This document shows, one piece after another, positions 61,885 through 64,000 of a DNA stretch of 64,000 nucleotides. A program made the position numbers and the translations under genes. Under the pieces are notes generated by a model. The model saw only the letters and a list, made by a program, of their open reading frames with translations, was not told the origin of the DNA and made no database searches. This DNA is from Octopus sinensis. Lineage: Eukaryota. Position 1 is the stretch's first letter, and each line of letters opens with the position of its first letter. Location: assembly GCF_006345805.1 (NCBI RefSeq), contig NC_043011.1, forward strand, positions 59,098,464 through 59,162,463, written 5' to 3'.

Positions 61885-62460
61885 AAGAAGAAGAAGAAAA
61901 GAAGAAGAAGAAGAAGAAGAAGAAGAAGAAGGAGAAGAGAAGAAGAAGAAGAAGAAGAAGATGATGATGAAGAATAAGAAGAAGAAGAAGAAGAAGAAGA
62001 ATATGAAGAAGATGATGAAGAAGAAGAAGGAGAAGAAGAAGAAGAAGAAGAAGGAGAAGAAGAAGAAGAAGAAGAAGAAGAAGAAGGGAGAAGAAGACGA
62101 AGAAGAAGAAGGAAGAAGAAGACGAAGAAGAAGAAGGAAAAGAAGAAGAAGAAGAAGAAGGGAGAAGAAGAAGGGAGAAGAAGAAGGGAGAAGAAGAAGA
62201 AGAAGAAGAAGAAGGAGAAGAGGAACGAGAAGGAAGAAGTAGAAGAAGAAGGAGAGAAGAAAAAGAAGAAGAAGAAGAAGGGAGAAGTAGAAGAAGGGAG
62301 AAGAAGGAGAAGAGGAAGGAGAAGAAGAAGGAGAAGAGGAAGGAGAAGGGAGGAGTAGAAGAAGAAGGAGAAGAAGAAGAAGAAGAAGAGAAGAAAAAGA
62401 AGAAGAAGAAAAGAAGAAGAAGAAGAAGAAGAAGAAGAAGAAGAAGAAGAAGAAGAAGGG
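61885..62460. repeat. ~575-bp (GAA)n-based polypurine tract
   Basis: Directly visible GAA units with GGA/GGG variants and very few pyrimidines. Confidence 0.95.
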
Positions 62461-62469
62461 CGTCGAACC

Positions 62470-62720
62470 CAAGAACACTGGTTAGTTTCATTATTGACTC
62501 GGGAGTTTGAAAAAAACCCACATATGCTGACAATCTGATTCTTTTCTGTGAATCCGCAGCTCTTTTAATGGTGCATTGTGGAAAGACGTTTGCAAGAAGT
62601 TGAAGAATATGCTTGGCTTTACCTGCAGGTATTGCAACACCTACGATGCTAGAAAACCAGTTGTTCTAGAAAACTTCTGCTTCTATTGTATTTGATAAAA
62701 ATAGCTTGTTTGGTCATCTT
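62470..62720 (+). mobile_element. RTE-clade RT remnant
   Basis: FII...TREFEK.P, YADNLILFCES (YADD motif), FTCRYC and VVLENFC in the order found in RTE RTs, across frameshifts and deletions. Confidence 0.6.
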
Positions 62721-63471
62721 CCTGTTCATTATCTCATTGCAGTCATGTGGTATGTCATATGAGATTAAAAGCGTTAACACCTGATAAACTAAACCGTTGC
62801 AGTTAATCCATTTTACAACTTTTCTTCGTAGCTTAAACAGAATAAGCAATAAATGTATATCCCCAGGGATTAACATGGCCGATCTAAATAGAATTACTAT
62901 TTGAAAACATACGAAAGACGACCCAAACGACACTCATTTTAATGGAATATCTATAGTTTATACATAAGTTTACACTAAGCGAAGTCTGTATCAAAAATCC
63001 ATTACGAAGTAATATCCATGAATGCATAATTTCCATGATAACAGAACATCTATTACAAAAACATTTGGAAATAATATTCTATTTTATTGATTAGTTGTTA
63101 GAGATAAACGGTCAACTAACAGTGGAGTTCCTTGTCTTTTTGTGTGCTGCTCTACCTTTCTGCATTTTCAAAGTTCTGAATGTATGTGATCGAATATTTA
63201 CGGCCAACCCCTTGATGTAGCAGTAAAAACAGAAATGCAGCTCTCAGACGTCCGGTGGGTTAACGCTTGTTCGCGTTCATCCAGTCATTGTATTTTCTAT
63301 TTTGTTATGATATGAAGCCCAGTCTCCTAAGACACACACGACTAAAACATTTACTATTTATTGCTAGTTTGAAACATATTAGAAAATACATTATGGCTAT
63401 TGAACAGCTTCACAGACGAAGACAGAAAAAAAACTCTTGTGACTCATAATGTCCTCAGACAGTATTATTCC

Positions 63472-63710
63472 GTAAAGGCGGTGAGCTGGTAGAAACGTTA
63501 GCACGACGGGCGAAATACGTAGCTGTATTGGGTCTGCCGTTACGTTCTGAGTTCGAATTTCGCCGATGTCGACTTTGCCTTTCATCCTTTCGGGGTCGAT
63601 AAATTAAGTACCAACTACGCACTGAGGTCGATGTAATCGACTTAATCCGTTTCTCTGTCCTTGTTTGTCCTCTCTGTGTTTAGCCCCTTGTGGGTAGTAA
63701 AGAAATAGGA
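63472..63710 (+). mobile_element. Full-length SINE family A (tail type 1) with 8-bp TSD
   Basis: A box TGGTAGAAACG, B box GAGTTCGAATTTC. ATTATTCC occurs at 63464-63471 and 63711-63718. Confidence 0.92.
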
Positions 63711-64000
63711 ATTATTCCTCAAAGAAATTTTTTCTAGTGCTGAATAGAAGTATATGTACGCGAGACTTCGTTGTGAATCTTAGAATGAAAGAATGAAAAA
63801 ATATATATATTTAAGTTTTGATATTGCTTTCTAGCATAGTTTTCCAAAAATATTAAGTTAAATTACTCTTCCCATTAATTACAAATTGAATTACATGCTT
63901 AGTGCTACCGTAGCCATAATTTTCTTTTTATTAGTTCGACAACTCTTGTTTAACGTTCCAGCCGATATTTCTGTTATATTTTTAATAACATAAGTTCTAG

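Noticed and set aside
61826-62533. 235-aa Leu/Phe/Ser and 127-aa Lys/Glu/Arg ORFs
   Set aside because: Translations of the GAA tract.

Overview
Very AT-rich, microsatellite-saturated eukaryotic DNA. Its repeat content (tRNA-derived SINE families, R4/Dong, RTE, CR1 and Penelope-like retroelements, TA/ATT/GATA/ACAT arrays) fits a cephalopod genome, most likely Octopus. That species call is an inference from recalled repeat families, not a search. I find no recognisable host protein-coding gene. Almost every ORF in the track is a translated simple repeat. The few meaningful ones are transposon debris: CR1 RT C-terminus at ~28960-29350, Penelope GIY-YIG at 8788-9101, and R4/Dong RT and RLE pieces at ~4970-5170, 16521-16738, 18680-19605 and 46790-47270. 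The window looks like a large intron or intergenic region. The most notable structures are (i) R4/Dong elements sitting in (TAA)n arrays, (ii) a Penelope-like element with a variant minimal hammerhead ribozyme, (iii) two non-autonomous Helitrons with shared ends but different interiors, (iv) long hairpin MITEs and head-to-head SINEs that could form dsRNA, and (v) one SINE head/body carrying three alternative 3' tails. Three weak candidate exons are listed at low confidence. I cannot support a claim of a new multi-gene system here. All protein matches are by-eye motif recognition, and coordinates of degenerate elements are approximate.
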